64,000 bases of DNA, taken from the NCBI GenBank assembly GCA_036336835.1, contig JAYZFK010000093.1, forward strand, positions 20,098 through 84,097. Direction: 5' to 3'. The notes below the pieces were generated by a model that worked only from the letters and a program-made list of their open reading frames with translations, was not told the origin of the DNA and made no database searches. Positions 20,699 through 30,263 of this stretch are shown piece by piece. Positions within the stretch are counted from its first letter, which is position 1, and each line of letters begins with the position of its first letter. Position numbers and translations under genes: made by a program. The stretch is from Myxococcota bacterium. GTDB taxonomy: Bacteria > Myxococcota_A > UBA9160 > UBA4427.

Positions 20699-22486
20699 AT
20701 GCCCTGGCTATGGCTCGCTCTCGAGCTCGCGGTCGAGCTGCTCGCCGCGTGGACGCTTGCCGTGCACGGCTGCATGGCGCTCGGTATCGCGGCGTGGTGG
20801 GCGTGGCCGGCCTGGGGCCTGCTGGTCGCCGCCATCGGGTTCGCCGGGCGGCGGCGGTTCGTCAGCGTGCGCCGTGTGCCGCGCGAGGAACGCTCGTTCG
20901 CGCTCTCCGCGCTCGGGCTGGGGGCGGCCGCGTCGTTGCCGGCGCTCGTCCTGCTCACGCCGAGCGGCGACGACTTCAACTTCTTCCACCGCGCGGTCTG
21001 GCAGCTCGGGCACCTCGGCGAGCCGTTCTCCAGTGGCGACACCGCCTTTGGCGTCCCGGGCCTGGCGGCGATCTCGCCGCTCCACGCGATCACCACCTGG
21101 GAGCTCGGGCTGGCGATGCTGGCCCAGGCGCTGGGCCTCTCTGCGCTGGGTGTCTACCACAACGGCGCGGTGATCCTCGGCAACCTCTTGCTCACCACAC
21201 TGCTCGCCCTCTGGCTGCGCGAGCTGGGCTTCAGCGCGCGCGGGTCGCTCGTCGGCGTCCTCGGCGCGATCGCCTTCCTGTACGTCGACGATCCCAGCGT
21301 TCGCTCCTGGGCGATCGCCTACCGGATGCTGTGGGTAGGCAAGATGGTGCAATGGCTGGTCGTGCTTCCGGCGGCGCTGCTGTTTGCCTGGCGCTATCTG
21401 TGCGATCCCTCGCCAGCGCGGCTGCTGCACCCTGCGGCGTGCGGAATCTGTGCGGTGGCGACCAGCGGCACGGGTGTGTTCCTGCTGCCCGGCATGTTTG
21501 CGGCCGCATCGCTGGCGGGCCTGCTGCTACGTCCGCTCTCGCTTCGCCGCGCGATCGAGTGCGGCTCGCTGAATCTCGCCTCGTTCTACTGCCTGGGCGT
21601 TGCTGCGCTCGTCTTCTCGGGCACGCTCGCGCAGCCCGGCGACCTGCGCGCCTGGGTCGAGGGTTTCCCCGCTTCGTGGTTCGACAACCTCCGCCTGGTC
21701 GCGCCGCACGCGGCCGGTGCTGTCCGCAACGCGTTGCTCGCCTTCGCGGTTCCGGTGGTCCTGTTGCGCGGCGACGGACGCGCCTTCCTCGTCGGCTTCG
21801 GCGCGGCGTTGATCGTGATCTTTCTGAACCCCGTGCTCGGGCCCCTCTGGCTCGAGGCGGCCAAGCCCGGCTCGTACTGGCGGGTGATGCTGTTGTTCCC
21901 GGTGCCGCTCGCAGCGGGGATCACGCTCGCCGCGCTGGCCGACGGGCGACCTTCGCGTCGGGTTGCCGTCGTCGTCGTCGGGCTGGTGGCGCTCTGCGCG
22001 GTTGCGGCTCGTCTCTCGACGCCTCCGGGCTTCGCCTACATGGAGCATCGCTATGCAACGAAGGCACCACTCGAGCTCCGACTCCCGCCCGCAGAGCTTC
22101 GCTTCGTGCGGCTCGCTCGCGGCGAGCTCGCGGCTCGCCATCTGCTCGCCGCGCGGGGAATCAGCGTGACGGCCGCGCTGCTGGTGCCGAGCCTGCGCAT
22201 CGAAGCCGGCCGTCTGCAGGATACGCGGCACGTGTTCGCCAACGCGGGCGATCCGAATGAAGGCGTGCGCCGGCTCAAGGCCTGGGAGTGGGCGAGCCAC
22301 TGCGGGGCTCCGTCGCCTGCGGGAGAAGCGGCCGCCCGCGAGTCGATCTCAAGAGGAGTCGACGCGGTGATCGCGGTCGACTGCGGCGGCCGGGACGCTG
22401 CGCGGCGGCGTGTGCTCGAGCACGGCGGGGCGCGTTTCAACGAAGTGCTGCGCGAAGGCGGCTACGTGCTCTACCTGCGCCGCTGA
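20699..22486 (+). CDS. Multi-pass membrane protein, putative GT-C-type glycosyltransferase
   Basis: Many hydrophobic segments, an acidic DD loop after the N-terminal TMs (PSGDDFNFF), RMLWVGK motif, soluble C-terminal domain. Confidence 0.55.
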   Translation: MPWLWLALELAVELLAAWTLAVHGCMALGIAAWWAWPAWGLLVAAIGFAGRRRFVSVRRVPREERSFALSALGLGAAASLPALVLLTPSGDDFNFFHRAVWQLGHLGEPFSSGDTAFGVPGLAAISPLHAITTWELGLAMLAQALGLSALGVYHNGAVILGNLLLTTLLALWLRELGFSARGSLVGVLGAIAFLYVDDPSVRSWAIAYRMLWVGKMVQWLVVLPAALLFAWRYLCDPSPARLLHPAACGICAVATSGTGVFLLPGMFAAASLAGLLLRPLSLRRAIECGSLNLASFYCLGVAALVFSGTLAQPGDLRAWVEGFPASWFDNLRLVAPHAAGAVRNALLAFAVPVVLLRGDGRAFLVGFGAALIVIFLNPVLGPLWLEAAKPGSYWRVMLLFPVPLAAGITLAALADGRPSRRVAVVVVGLVALCAVAARLSTPPGFAYMEHRYATKAPLELRLPPAELRFVRLARGELAARHLLAARGISVTAALLVPSLRIEAGRLQDTRHVFANAGDPNEGVRRLKAWEWASHCGAPSPAGEAAARESISRGVDAVIAVDCGGRDAARRRVLEHGGARFNEVLREGGYVLYLRR

Positions 22487-22540
22487 GCGAGCGAACATGC
22501 GCCTCGGCTGCCCTCTGGGTTCCAGGAAGCCGCGCATCGG

Positions 22541-22590
22541 GCTTGCCTGGCTTGCTCTTCCTTCGCTTCCCTTCACCTCACTTCACTTCC
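22541..22590 (+). repeat. Degenerate CTTCN pentamer tandem array in an intergenic region
   Basis: 22561-22590: CTTCG CTTCC CTTCA CCTCA CTTCA CTTCC, preceded by CTTGC-like units. Confidence 0.65.
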
Positions 22591-22631
22591 TAGTGCGGCC
22601 GCTGACCGATACACTCGGTCGACCGATTGCC

Positions 22632-23435
22632 ATGACTGATTTGCCCGCCACCTCGACCGACCACAACGAGCTCGCGCGACGCGCGCGTCTTCGGTTGCTG
22701 AGGATGCATCGCGAGGCCGGCGTCGGGCACATTGGCGGCAACCTGTCGGCTCTCGACGCCATGCTCGTGCTGCATCACCGCGTGATGGGCTCGGACGACA
22801 CGTTCATCCTGTCGAAGGGCCACGCCGCCGGGGCGCTCTACGTCACCCTGTGGACCCTCGGTGAGCTCGGTGACGAGGCACTCACGCAATTCCACGCCGA
22901 TGGTTCGATGCTGTCCGGACACCCGGTTGCACGCTGGACACCCGGGATTCCGTTCGCGACCGGCAGCCTCGGACACGGGCTGCCCGTCTCGGCAGGAATT
23001 GCACTCGCGCATCGGCTCCAGGGCCAGCGGGGTCGCGTGTTCTGCCTGTGCTCGGACGGCGAGTGGCAGGAAGGCTCGAACTGGGAGGCGCTGATCTTTG
23101 CGAGCCATCAGCGACTCGCTTCGCTGGTGCTGCTCGTCGATCAGAACGGCCTGCAGGGCTTTGGGTCGACCGACGAGGTCGGTGGTATCGCGAACCTGCG
23201 CGAGCGATTCGAAGCATTCGGCATTGCCGCGACCGAGTGCGACGGACACGACGCCGCGGCGATCGAGTCGGCCCTCGCCGACGACGTAACGGGTTCGCAG
23301 GGCCCTCGCGCCATCCTGCTGCACACCGTCAAGGGCAAGGGTGTGTCGTTCATGGAGGGCAAGCTCGAGTGGCACTATCTGCCGCTCGACGACGAGCTCT
23401 ACGCGCGAGCGGTCGCCGAGATCGAGGCCGGATGA
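22632..23435 (+). CDS. Transketolase, N-terminal (TPP-binding) subunit
   Basis: GHIGGNLS, LSKGHA, TGSLGHGL, SDGEWQEGSNWEA, TVKGKGV. Confidence 0.9.
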   Translation: MTDLPATSTDHNELARRARLRLLRMHREAGVGHIGGNLSALDAMLVLHHRVMGSDDTFILSKGHAAGALYVTLWTLGELGDEALTQFHADGSMLSGHPVARWTPGIPFATGSLGHGLPVSAGIALAHRLQGQRGRVFCLCSDGEWQEGSNWEALIFASHQRLASLVLLVDQNGLQGFGSTDEVGGIANLRERFEAFGIAATECDGHDAAAIESALADDVTGSQGPRAILLHTVKGKGVSFMEGKLEWHYLPLDDELYARAVAEIEAG

Positions 23436-24358
23436 GGGATCGGGCGTGCCAGAGCTGGGTCTCACTCGCCGAGCGCAAGGACTCGTTCGTATTCCTCACG
23501 GGTGATCTCGGTTTTCGCGCGCTCGAGCCGCTGCGTGCCGCGCTCGGAGACCGCTTCATCAACGCCGGCGTCGCCGAACAGAACATGGTGTCCGTCGCCG
23601 CCGGCCTCGCAACCCAGCGACTCGATGCGTGGGTCTACAGCATTGCGCCATTTTGTTATGCGCGGCCCTACGAACAGATCCGCAACGATGTGTGTCAGCA
23701 CGGGCTTCCGGTCAAGCTGGTCGGCAACGGCGGCGGCTACGGATACGGGGCGATGGGCGCGACCCATCACGCGCTCGAGGATTACGGATCGCTGGTCGTG
23801 CTCCCGGGAATGCGCGCGGTGGTGCCGGCGTTCGGCGACGACGTCGAGCCGGCGATCGCACAGTTGGCTGCGCAAGCGGGCCCCGGCTACCTGCGGCTCG
23901 GGCGGTGCGAGGCACCGCCGTCCTGGACGCCTCCACCGTTTTCGGCGTGGCGCCGGCTGCTGGCCGGCGCGCGCGGCGTCGTCGTCGCCGTCGGGCCGCT
24001 GGTCGGACCGTTGGTCGCCGCGCTGCTCGAGCGACCCGAGGCCGAGCGCCCCGCCGTCTGGCTGCTCGGAGTCCTGCCGATCGAGCCCGCGCAGATCCCG
24101 GCCGACTTGTTGGACACGATCGAGCGCAGCGGCGCGTTGCTGGTGGCGGAGGAACACGTCTCGACGGGTAGTGCGGGAGAAGCGATTGCGCGCAGCCTGC
24201 TCGAGCGCGGGGTGCACGTTGCTTGTTTCGAGCACGTCTGCGCGCGAGGCTATCCTTCGGGCCGCTACGGCTCGCAGGCCTGGCACCGGCGCGAGTGCGG
24301 GCTCGATGCGGTGAGCCTGATCGAGCGCAGCGCGAAGCTCTGGAGCGAGGTCGGATGA
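23432..24358 (+). CDS. Transketolase, C-terminal subunit
   Basis: ATGA overlap with the previous gene; LTGDLG, NAGVAEQNM, EQIRND, GATHHALED, YLRLG, AEEH. Confidence 0.9.
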   Translation: MRDRACQSWVSLAERKDSFVFLTGDLGFRALEPLRAALGDRFINAGVAEQNMVSVAAGLATQRLDAWVYSIAPFCYARPYEQIRNDVCQHGLPVKLVGNGGGYGYGAMGATHHALEDYGSLVVLPGMRAVVPAFGDDVEPAIAQLAAQAGPGYLRLGRCEAPPSWTPPPFSAWRRLLAGARGVVVAVGPLVGPLVAALLERPEAERPAVWLLGVLPIEPAQIPADLLDTIERSGALLVAEEHVSTGSAGEAIARSLLERGVHVACFEHVCARGYPSGRYGSQAWHRRECGLDAVSLIERSAKLWSEVG

Positions 24359-26337
24359 CTGCTGAGCTCGAACGCAAGATCCTCGGCCTGCACGGGCCGA
24401 TCCTGGTACTCGGGGCCAGCGGTTTCGTCGGTGCCAACCTGTTCCGCAGCCTGCTTGCTCACCGCTCCGATGTCTACGGCACCGCATCACGCTTTCCGGC
24501 CTGGCGTCTCGAGGGACTGCCCGGGGCGAACACGCTCGCGAACGATCTGCTGGTCGAGTCGAATCTGGTCCAGCTGCTCGACCGGGTGCGGCCGCTCTGC
24601 GTCTTCGACTGTGTTGCCTACGGTGCCTACTCCTACGAACGCGATCCGCATCTGATCTACCGCACCAACCTGTCGTTTCCCGTGGCGCTGGCCGAACAGC
24701 TCGTGCACCGCGGTGTGCGAGCCTTCGTGCACGCGGGCTCGTCGTCGGAGTACGGAGCCGGCTCGGCTGCGCCGCCCGAATCGCAGGCGCCGCTGCCGAA
24801 CAGCCACTACGCGGCGTCGAAGGCTGCGGCCGCCGGTGTCCTGCACTACATGGGCAAGGAGTGCGGTCTACCCTGCGTGAATCTGCGCTTCTACTCGGTC
24901 TACGGCCCCTGGGAGGACGCGTCCCGCCTGGTTCCGACCGTGGTTGCTGCCGGTCTTCGCGGCGAGTTGCCGCCGTTCGTGGACCCTGGCATCGCGCGGG
25001 ATTTCGTCTACGTCGACGACGCGGTCGAGGCTTTCTTCGACGCGGCGCTCCGGCTGGAGCCCGAGCACTACGGCGAGTCGTTCAACATCGGAACCGGAAC
25101 CTGCACGACGATCGGAGACGTTGCGAAGCTTGCGCGCGACCGCTTCGAGATTGCCGCCGAGCCCGATTTCAGCATGCCGGCGCGCGATTGGGATACGCGC
25201 GAGTGGTACGCAAACCCGCTTCGCGCCGCCGACGCCTTTGGCTGGCGATCGCGCATCTCGTTCGAGGAGGGGCTCGCGCGAACCGCAGACTGGATTCGAG
25301 GTCTCGAGGATCTCGAGGCTTACCAGCGCAGCTCGAAGCGGTTCGGGCCCGACACGCGCCACAGCATCAGTGCAGTCGTCGCCTGCTACCGGGACGAGCT
25401 GGCGATCCCGGTCATGCACGAGCGGCTCGTGGCCGTGTTCGAGAAGCTCGGCGTCGATTACGAGATCATCTTCGTCAACGACTGCAGCCCGGACGACACA
25501 GAAGAGGCGATTCGCGCGATCAGCGCGCGCGACCGTCACGTGGTCGGCATCAGCCACTCGCGCAACTTCGGCTCGCAGGCGGCATTCCGCAGCGGGATGG
25601 AGATCGCGACCAAGAACGCCTGTGTCCTGCTCGACGGCGATCTGCAGGATCCGCCCGAACTGATCGAGTCGTTCGTCGAGAAGTGGCGCGAGGGCTACGA
25701 CGTCGTCTACGGACGCCGGGTGAAACGCGAGGCGCCCTGGGGGATGCGGATCGCGTACAAGGCCTTCTACCGCTTGTTCGATCGCTTCTCCTATCTGCGC
25801 ATTCCGCACGACGCGGGCGACTTCTCGCTGATGGACAAGCGCGTCGTACGCAGCGTGTTGAAGTTTCCCGAGCGCGACTTCTTCCTGCGCGGTGTTCGCG
25901 CATTCGTCGGGTTTCGCCAGGCGGGCGTCGACTACGCGCGTCCAGAACGCATGTTCGGGCGCTCGACGAACAACCTGCTGAGCAACCTCGGCTGGGCCAA
26001 GAAGGGCATCCTATCGTTCAGCCAGACGCCGCTGAACTTGCTCTCCGCGGCGGGAGTACTGGGCATCGGCGTCTTCGGCGCGCTGGCGATGTTGCAGATC
26101 CTCGCGAAGCTCGCATTCCCAGATGCGGCGCCCAAGGGCATCACGACGGTACTGTTGGTTGTACTCTTCTTCGGCTCCGTCAACCTGTTTGCGATCAGTC
26201 TGGTCGGCGAGTACATCGCAAAGATCTTCGAAGAGGTGAAGCGGCGCCCGCACTTCCTGCGGCGCTCGATCGTGCGCGACGGCGAGGTGCGCGACGCCGC
26301 CGAGGAGCACCTCGGTGCCGACGGGGACGGCGCTTGA
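24355..26337 (+). CDS. Fusion of NAD-dependent epimerase/dehydratase and GtrB/DPM1-like GT2 polyprenyl-phosphate glycosyltransferase
   Basis: N-terminal half: GASGFVG, GSSSEYG, YAASK, RDFVYVDD. C-terminal half: FVNDCSPDDT, SRNFGSQAA, DGDLQDPPE, DAGDFSLMD, two TM helices, GEYIAKIFEEVKRRP. Confidence 0.9.
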   Translation: MTAELERKILGLHGPILVLGASGFVGANLFRSLLAHRSDVYGTASRFPAWRLEGLPGANTLANDLLVESNLVQLLDRVRPLCVFDCVAYGAYSYERDPHLIYRTNLSFPVALAEQLVHRGVRAFVHAGSSSEYGAGSAAPPESQAPLPNSHYAASKAAAAGVLHYMGKECGLPCVNLRFYSVYGPWEDASRLVPTVVAAGLRGELPPFVDPGIARDFVYVDDAVEAFFDAALRLEPEHYGESFNIGTGTCTTIGDVAKLARDRFEIAAEPDFSMPARDWDTREWYANPLRAADAFGWRSRISFEEGLARTADWIRGLEDLEAYQRSSKRFGPDTRHSISAVVACYRDELAIPVMHERLVAVFEKLGVDYEIIFVNDCSPDDTEEAIRAISARDRHVVGISHSRNFGSQAAFRSGMEIATKNACVLLDGDLQDPPELIESFVEKWREGYDVVYGRRVKREAPWGMRIAYKAFYRLFDRFSYLRIPHDAGDFSLMDKRVVRSVLKFPERDFFLRGVRAFVGFRQAGVDYARPERMFGRSTNNLLSNLGWAKKGILSFSQTPLNLLSAAGVLGIGVFGALAMLQILAKLAFPDAAPKGITTVLLVVLFFGSVNLFAISLVGEYIAKIFEEVKRRPHFLRRSIVRDGEVRDAAEEHLGADGDGA

Positions 26338-27059
26338 GCGTCCGCGAGCGCAGCGTCCGCACCTTCGAGGCGGATGTCGCCGAGGCGGGCGGCTATCTCT
26401 ACGCCACGGACGACAAGCTCTCGTGTCGCTTCGCGAATGGTCGGATCGACCGGGCCGTTCTTGCATTCGCCAGGCCGGCCGGCAGGCGGGTGATCGACAT
26501 CGGGTGCGGAGACGGCGTGTACACGGAGAAGCTGCTCGCTGCCGGTGCGGCGGAAGTGCTGGGCATCGATGCGGCGGGCGAGTCGATCGAAGCGGCGCGC
26601 CGGCGCTGCGCTGGTTATTCGAACGCCCGTTTCGAGGTGCGAGACATCTACGAGCTCACCCGCACGGGTGAGCCCTACGATGTCGCGGTGGTGCGGCTGA
26701 TGCTCCACCACCTGTACGACCCGCCGACGGCGATCGCAGCGATCAGCAATATGGCTCGTGAGGTCGTGGTCTGCGACCCCAACGGCTACAACCCCATTCT
26801 GAAGGTGATCGAGAGAGTTTCTTCCTATCACGTGGCGCACGAAGAGAAGAGCTTTGCGCCGCGCAGCCTCGATCGCTGGTTCGAATCGGCCGGCGGCGAG
26901 GTCGTCGAGCGCGAGTTTATCGGCCTGGTTCCGATGTTCAGCCCGGACCCCATCGCGATCGTATGCAAGGCCGTTGAACCGCTGGTGGAGTCACTGCCGG
27001 GCCTCCGGGCGCTGGGATGTGCGCAATACGTGCAGCGCATCCGAACGCGGCTCGCCTAG
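26334..27059 (+). CDS. Class I SAM-dependent methyltransferase
   Basis: TTG start overlapping the previous stop; VIDIGCGDG, GIDAA, LHHLYDP, HEEKSF. Confidence 0.85.
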   Translation: MSVRERSVRTFEADVAEAGGYLYATDDKLSCRFANGRIDRAVLAFARPAGRRVIDIGCGDGVYTEKLLAAGAAEVLGIDAAGESIEAARRRCAGYSNARFEVRDIYELTRTGEPYDVAVVRLMLHHLYDPPTAIAAISNMAREVVVCDPNGYNPILKVIERVSSYHVAHEEKSFAPRSLDRWFESAGGEVVEREFIGLVPMFSPDPIAIVCKAVEPLVESLPGLRALGCAQYVQRIRTRLA

Positions 27060-27128
27060 CAGGGTCCTGCCCCGAAAGTCCGGCGCGGCTCTGCGCACCG
27101 AGCGCGCGGTGGACGCCTTCGGGCGCGC

Positions 27129-28730
27129 CTAGCGCGTCTCGCGCAACCGATCGAGATCCCACACGCGCAGCAGGTCGCTCTGGTGGTCGGCCGGTCCGAA
27201 GCGCCGCTCGAGCAAGCGGGTCGTCTTGGAACCGGCCGTGCGCAGCGGTCGCCAGATCTCGGGGCGCTCGTCGAGCCGCATCCAGTGGTTGGGGTCGCTG
27301 GTGCGGATGCGGCGTTCCTCGCGCTGGAGATCGAGGTGCACGATCAGCCAGCGCGCGGGTGAATCGAGGTAGCGCTCGGTGCTGGGCATGAACGTTTGCT
27401 CGAGGCGCAAGCGGTCGTCGTTCAGCTGCCGCCAGGGCGCGACCGCGTACACCGGCTGCCCGTGATGCTTCTGATAGGCGTCGAAGGCGTGGGTCGCCAG
27501 ATTGGACCACGGATACTCGAGCACCGGCTGGTGGACTTCACTGGTCTCGGCAAGCTCGCGATAGAACGGTGGCATGTCCTGGCTTGCGATCGTGTTTCCG
27601 TCGCGGACGAAATAGGCAAAGGTCGATGCGGTCGAGAAGCTGGTGCGCGCGAAGGTGCGCGTTGCAAACGGTCCGGTGGCGAGCAACGCAACGAGCAGTG
27701 CCGCGATTGCCAGTCCGTGCACCCGCGCACCGAGCCGTGCGATCGGCTCGGCGAGCCCTCGTGCTACGAGCGCCAGTCCGAAGGGCGTCAGAACCAGCAG
27801 GTAGCGGTTGATCACGATCGGGTTGTCGAGCTGATCCGGTCCGAGCGCGAGCAGCCCGACGACGTGCAGCACGACGAGCGCCGCGAGGTAGAGCAGCCAC
27901 TCGCGATCGCGACGCCAGCTGAGAGCAATCCCGCGCGCGAGCGCAACGAGGACCAGCAAGGTGAGGATTGGGCTCGTGCTCCCCGAGTGCATCCGCACCA
28001 CCTCGAGCCAGGTTGCGGGTGTGGGACGGCCGCCGCTGCCGTGGACCTCGCTCAGCAGCGAGAGCGATTCGAGTGCCGGCAGCAGCGGAAGCAGAGCGCA
28101 CACCAACGCCGCCGCTGCGACCGCGGTCAGCTCGCGGCTTCGCGCGCGCAGCTCGGCGTCTCCGAATGCAAGCCGCGCCGTCGCGTACACCACCGGTGCG
28201 GCGACGAAGGGTGCCACCGATAGGTTGCACCACAGCGCCAGTCCGGCGCAGACCGCGTAGCCGGCGCCGGCTCGTCGATTTCGCTCGCGCCACCAGCGCT
28301 CGAAGCAGACGACGGCGACGAACGCGAGGAGCACCGCCGGGGCATAGGAGCGGACCATTCGCGAGTAGATGGCGAGCAGCGGAGAGAGAGCGAGCAGCCA
28401 GGCGTACCACCCGCTTGCGCGGGTGCCCAGCCGCTCGCGCAGCATCCACGGCATCACGGCGATCGCCAGCGTGCCGAGCAGTAGCGCCGGCAGCCGGAGC
28501 TCGAACTCGCCCAGCCTGGCACCCGAGTCGAAGGCGATCCGGATCAGCGCGCCCATCGGTACGCCGTAGTCGGCGCCGTGGTAGGTCCAGGTCGAGAGGA
28601 TCTGCGAGAGCGGCCACTCGAGCGCCGCATTCAATGCGTGGAACTCGTCGCCCGAGAGGAGCTGGTTGCGCAGTCGGAGGCCCCGCAATACGGCGCCTGC
28701 GATCAACGCGCATCCGATCGACCAGCGCAA
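27129..28730 (-). CDS. GT-C fold (PMT/ArnT-like) membrane glycosyltransferase
   Basis: LSGDEFH acidic loop after TM1, LRLPALLLG, SPLLAIYSRMVRSYA, RYLL, multiple TMs. Confidence 0.75.
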   Translation of the reverse strand: MRWSIGCALIAGAVLRGLRLRNQLLSGDEFHALNAALEWPLSQILSTWTYHGADYGVPMGALIRIAFDSGARLGEFELRLPALLLGTLAIAVMPWMLRERLGTRASGWYAWLLALSPLLAIYSRMVRSYAPAVLLAFVAVVCFERWWRERNRRAGAGYAVCAGLALWCNLSVAPFVAAPVVYATARLAFGDAELRARSRELTAVAAAALVCALLPLLPALESLSLLSEVHGSGGRPTPATWLEVVRMHSGSTSPILTLLVLVALARGIALSWRRDREWLLYLAALVVLHVVGLLALGPDQLDNPIVINRYLLVLTPFGLALVARGLAEPIARLGARVHGLAIAALLVALLATGPFATRTFARTSFSTASTFAYFVRDGNTIASQDMPPFYRELAETSEVHQPVLEYPWSNLATHAFDAYQKHHGQPVYAVAPWRQLNDDRLRLEQTFMPSTERYLDSPARWLIVHLDLQREERRIRTSDPNHWMRLDERPEIWRPLRTAGSKTTRLLERRFGPADHQSDLLRVWDLDRLRETR

Positions 28731-28736
28731 TGGGGC

Positions 28737-30083
28737 CTACTCCAGATAGCCGAGCTGCCGAAGCATCTCGCGGTCGTTGGGCGAGAGCTTCTGCTCTACC
28801 GCCTTTGGTACGTGGAGCCCCGAGCGAAAGTGGGCGAGTGTCTCGCGCATCCGCGCGCGCGTCTCGGGATCGCGCAGCGGACCGCCGCCATCGAGCGAGC
28901 GCAGCTCCTCCGTGGCGCGCCCGTCGCGAAGCTCGCTGCGCACGAACACGTGCCCGTTCTCGACCCAGCCCCAGCGCTTGTTCGCAGACCCCATCAGGGT
29001 CGCGAGATAGGCGCGGCCAGGAATGCTCTCGGCGCTGGCGGCGAGCAGGTCGCGACCCTCGAATTGCGCGTTGGCCGCGACCCCGGCCCGGCCCGCCAGC
29101 GTCGGCAGCAGATCGATCAAGGAGGCGACATCGTGCCGGATGCCGGGCTCGACGCCTGGAATTCGCAGCAGCATCGGTACCCGCACCAGGGCGTCGCTCA
29201 GAAACTCGCCGTGCGAGAACCAGTAGTTGGATTCTCCGAGGCTCTCGCCGTGATCGGCCGTCAGAGCGATGGTCGCGGTCTCGAGCAAGCCGCGTTCGTC
29301 GAGTCCGTCGAGCAGGCGGCCGAGTTGATCGTCGACGAAGCGCACCTCGCCTGCGTAGCCCGCCCGATAGAAGCCCACGTCGTGGCGGTCCTCGATCAGC
29401 TGGTAGCGCGGGATCGCGCCCACCGCGTTCATCCCGAACGAGGGCAGCTCGCGGCGCCCGTCCTCTTGCGCGAGTGCCGCGTCGAGGTAGCGCTGGCGGA
29501 GGTCTCCCGGGGGCTGGTACGGCCCGTGCGGATCCTGGTAGTGCACCCACAGGAAGATGCCGTTGCCCGGGCTCTCGCGCAGGCGGTCGAGCACCGCAAG
29601 GGCGGCGTCGGTCGTGTGCTCTGCCGTGCGCTCCGGCTGATCGCGGTTTGCCTCGGTCTGCGTGAAGGTGTCGTCGTACTCGTCGAAGCCGGCCTCGATA
29701 CCCGTCCCCCGGCGGAGCACGTAGTTGCTGACGGCCGCTCCCGTGCGCCAGCCTTCGAGCCGCAGGATCTCGGCCAGCGTCACGCTGCTGCCGCGGAACA
29801 GATTCAGGTTGGCGAGGATGCCGACCTCCTCGGGATAGCGGCCGGTGTGGATCGAGGCGATCGACGGAAGGGTGTACGAGGCGGGTGCGTAGCTCGCCGC
29901 GAAGCGAAGACTTCTCGCCGCGAGGGCGTCGATACGCGGCGTCAGCTCCTGTGTGGCGCCGTATGCGCCAACGTGATCGGCGCGCAGCGTATCGATCGTG
30001 ACCAGCAGGAGCAGCCTCTCTGCGGGCTGTCCGGAGCAGCCGAATGCGAGGGCGATCACGAGGGGCAGGGCGGTCGAGCGCAC
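28737..30083 (-). CDS. Sulfatase-like (alkaline phosphatase superfamily) lipoprotein
   Basis: Lipobox LAFGC; TIDTLRADH, SYTLPSIASIHTG, HYQDPHGPY, TADHGESLGE, C-terminal LRQLGYLE. Confidence 0.85.
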   Translation of the reverse strand: MRSTALPLVIALAFGCSGQPAERLLLLVTIDTLRADHVGAYGATQELTPRIDALAARSLRFAASYAPASYTLPSIASIHTGRYPEEVGILANLNLFRGSSVTLAEILRLEGWRTGAAVSNYVLRRGTGIEAGFDEYDDTFTQTEANRDQPERTAEHTTDAALAVLDRLRESPGNGIFLWVHYQDPHGPYQPPGDLRQRYLDAALAQEDGRRELPSFGMNAVGAIPRYQLIEDRHDVGFYRAGYAGEVRFVDDQLGRLLDGLDERGLLETATIALTADHGESLGESNYWFSHGEFLSDALVRVPMLLRIPGVEPGIRHDVASLIDLLPTLAGRAGVAANAQFEGRDLLAASAESIPGRAYLATLMGSANKRWGWVENGHVFVRSELRDGRATEELRSLDGGGPLRDPETRARMRETLAHFRSGLHVPKAVEQKLSPNDREMLRQLGYLE

Positions 30084-30263
30084 GTGGGGCGCGAGTATAG
30101 AACTGATCGCTGGCAGGCTCCGGAAGAACACTGGAACGACCCTCTCCCCGTGCTGTCTCAGCGCGAGCCTGGAGAGTCGCGCTGCACGCCTCTCCGGCCC
30201 GCCGAGGGATCGCTAACCTCGGGGACTGACGCCAGCCGTGCCACCGCGAGGAGCTCCCAAGGC

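Noticed and set aside
28578..30263. N-terminal ~560 aa of the 1319-aa ORF, suggesting a giant STT3 fusion
   Set aside because: It is antisense to the real sulfatase-like gene (28737-30083); STT3-like sequence starts only after the RBS and TTG at 30264.
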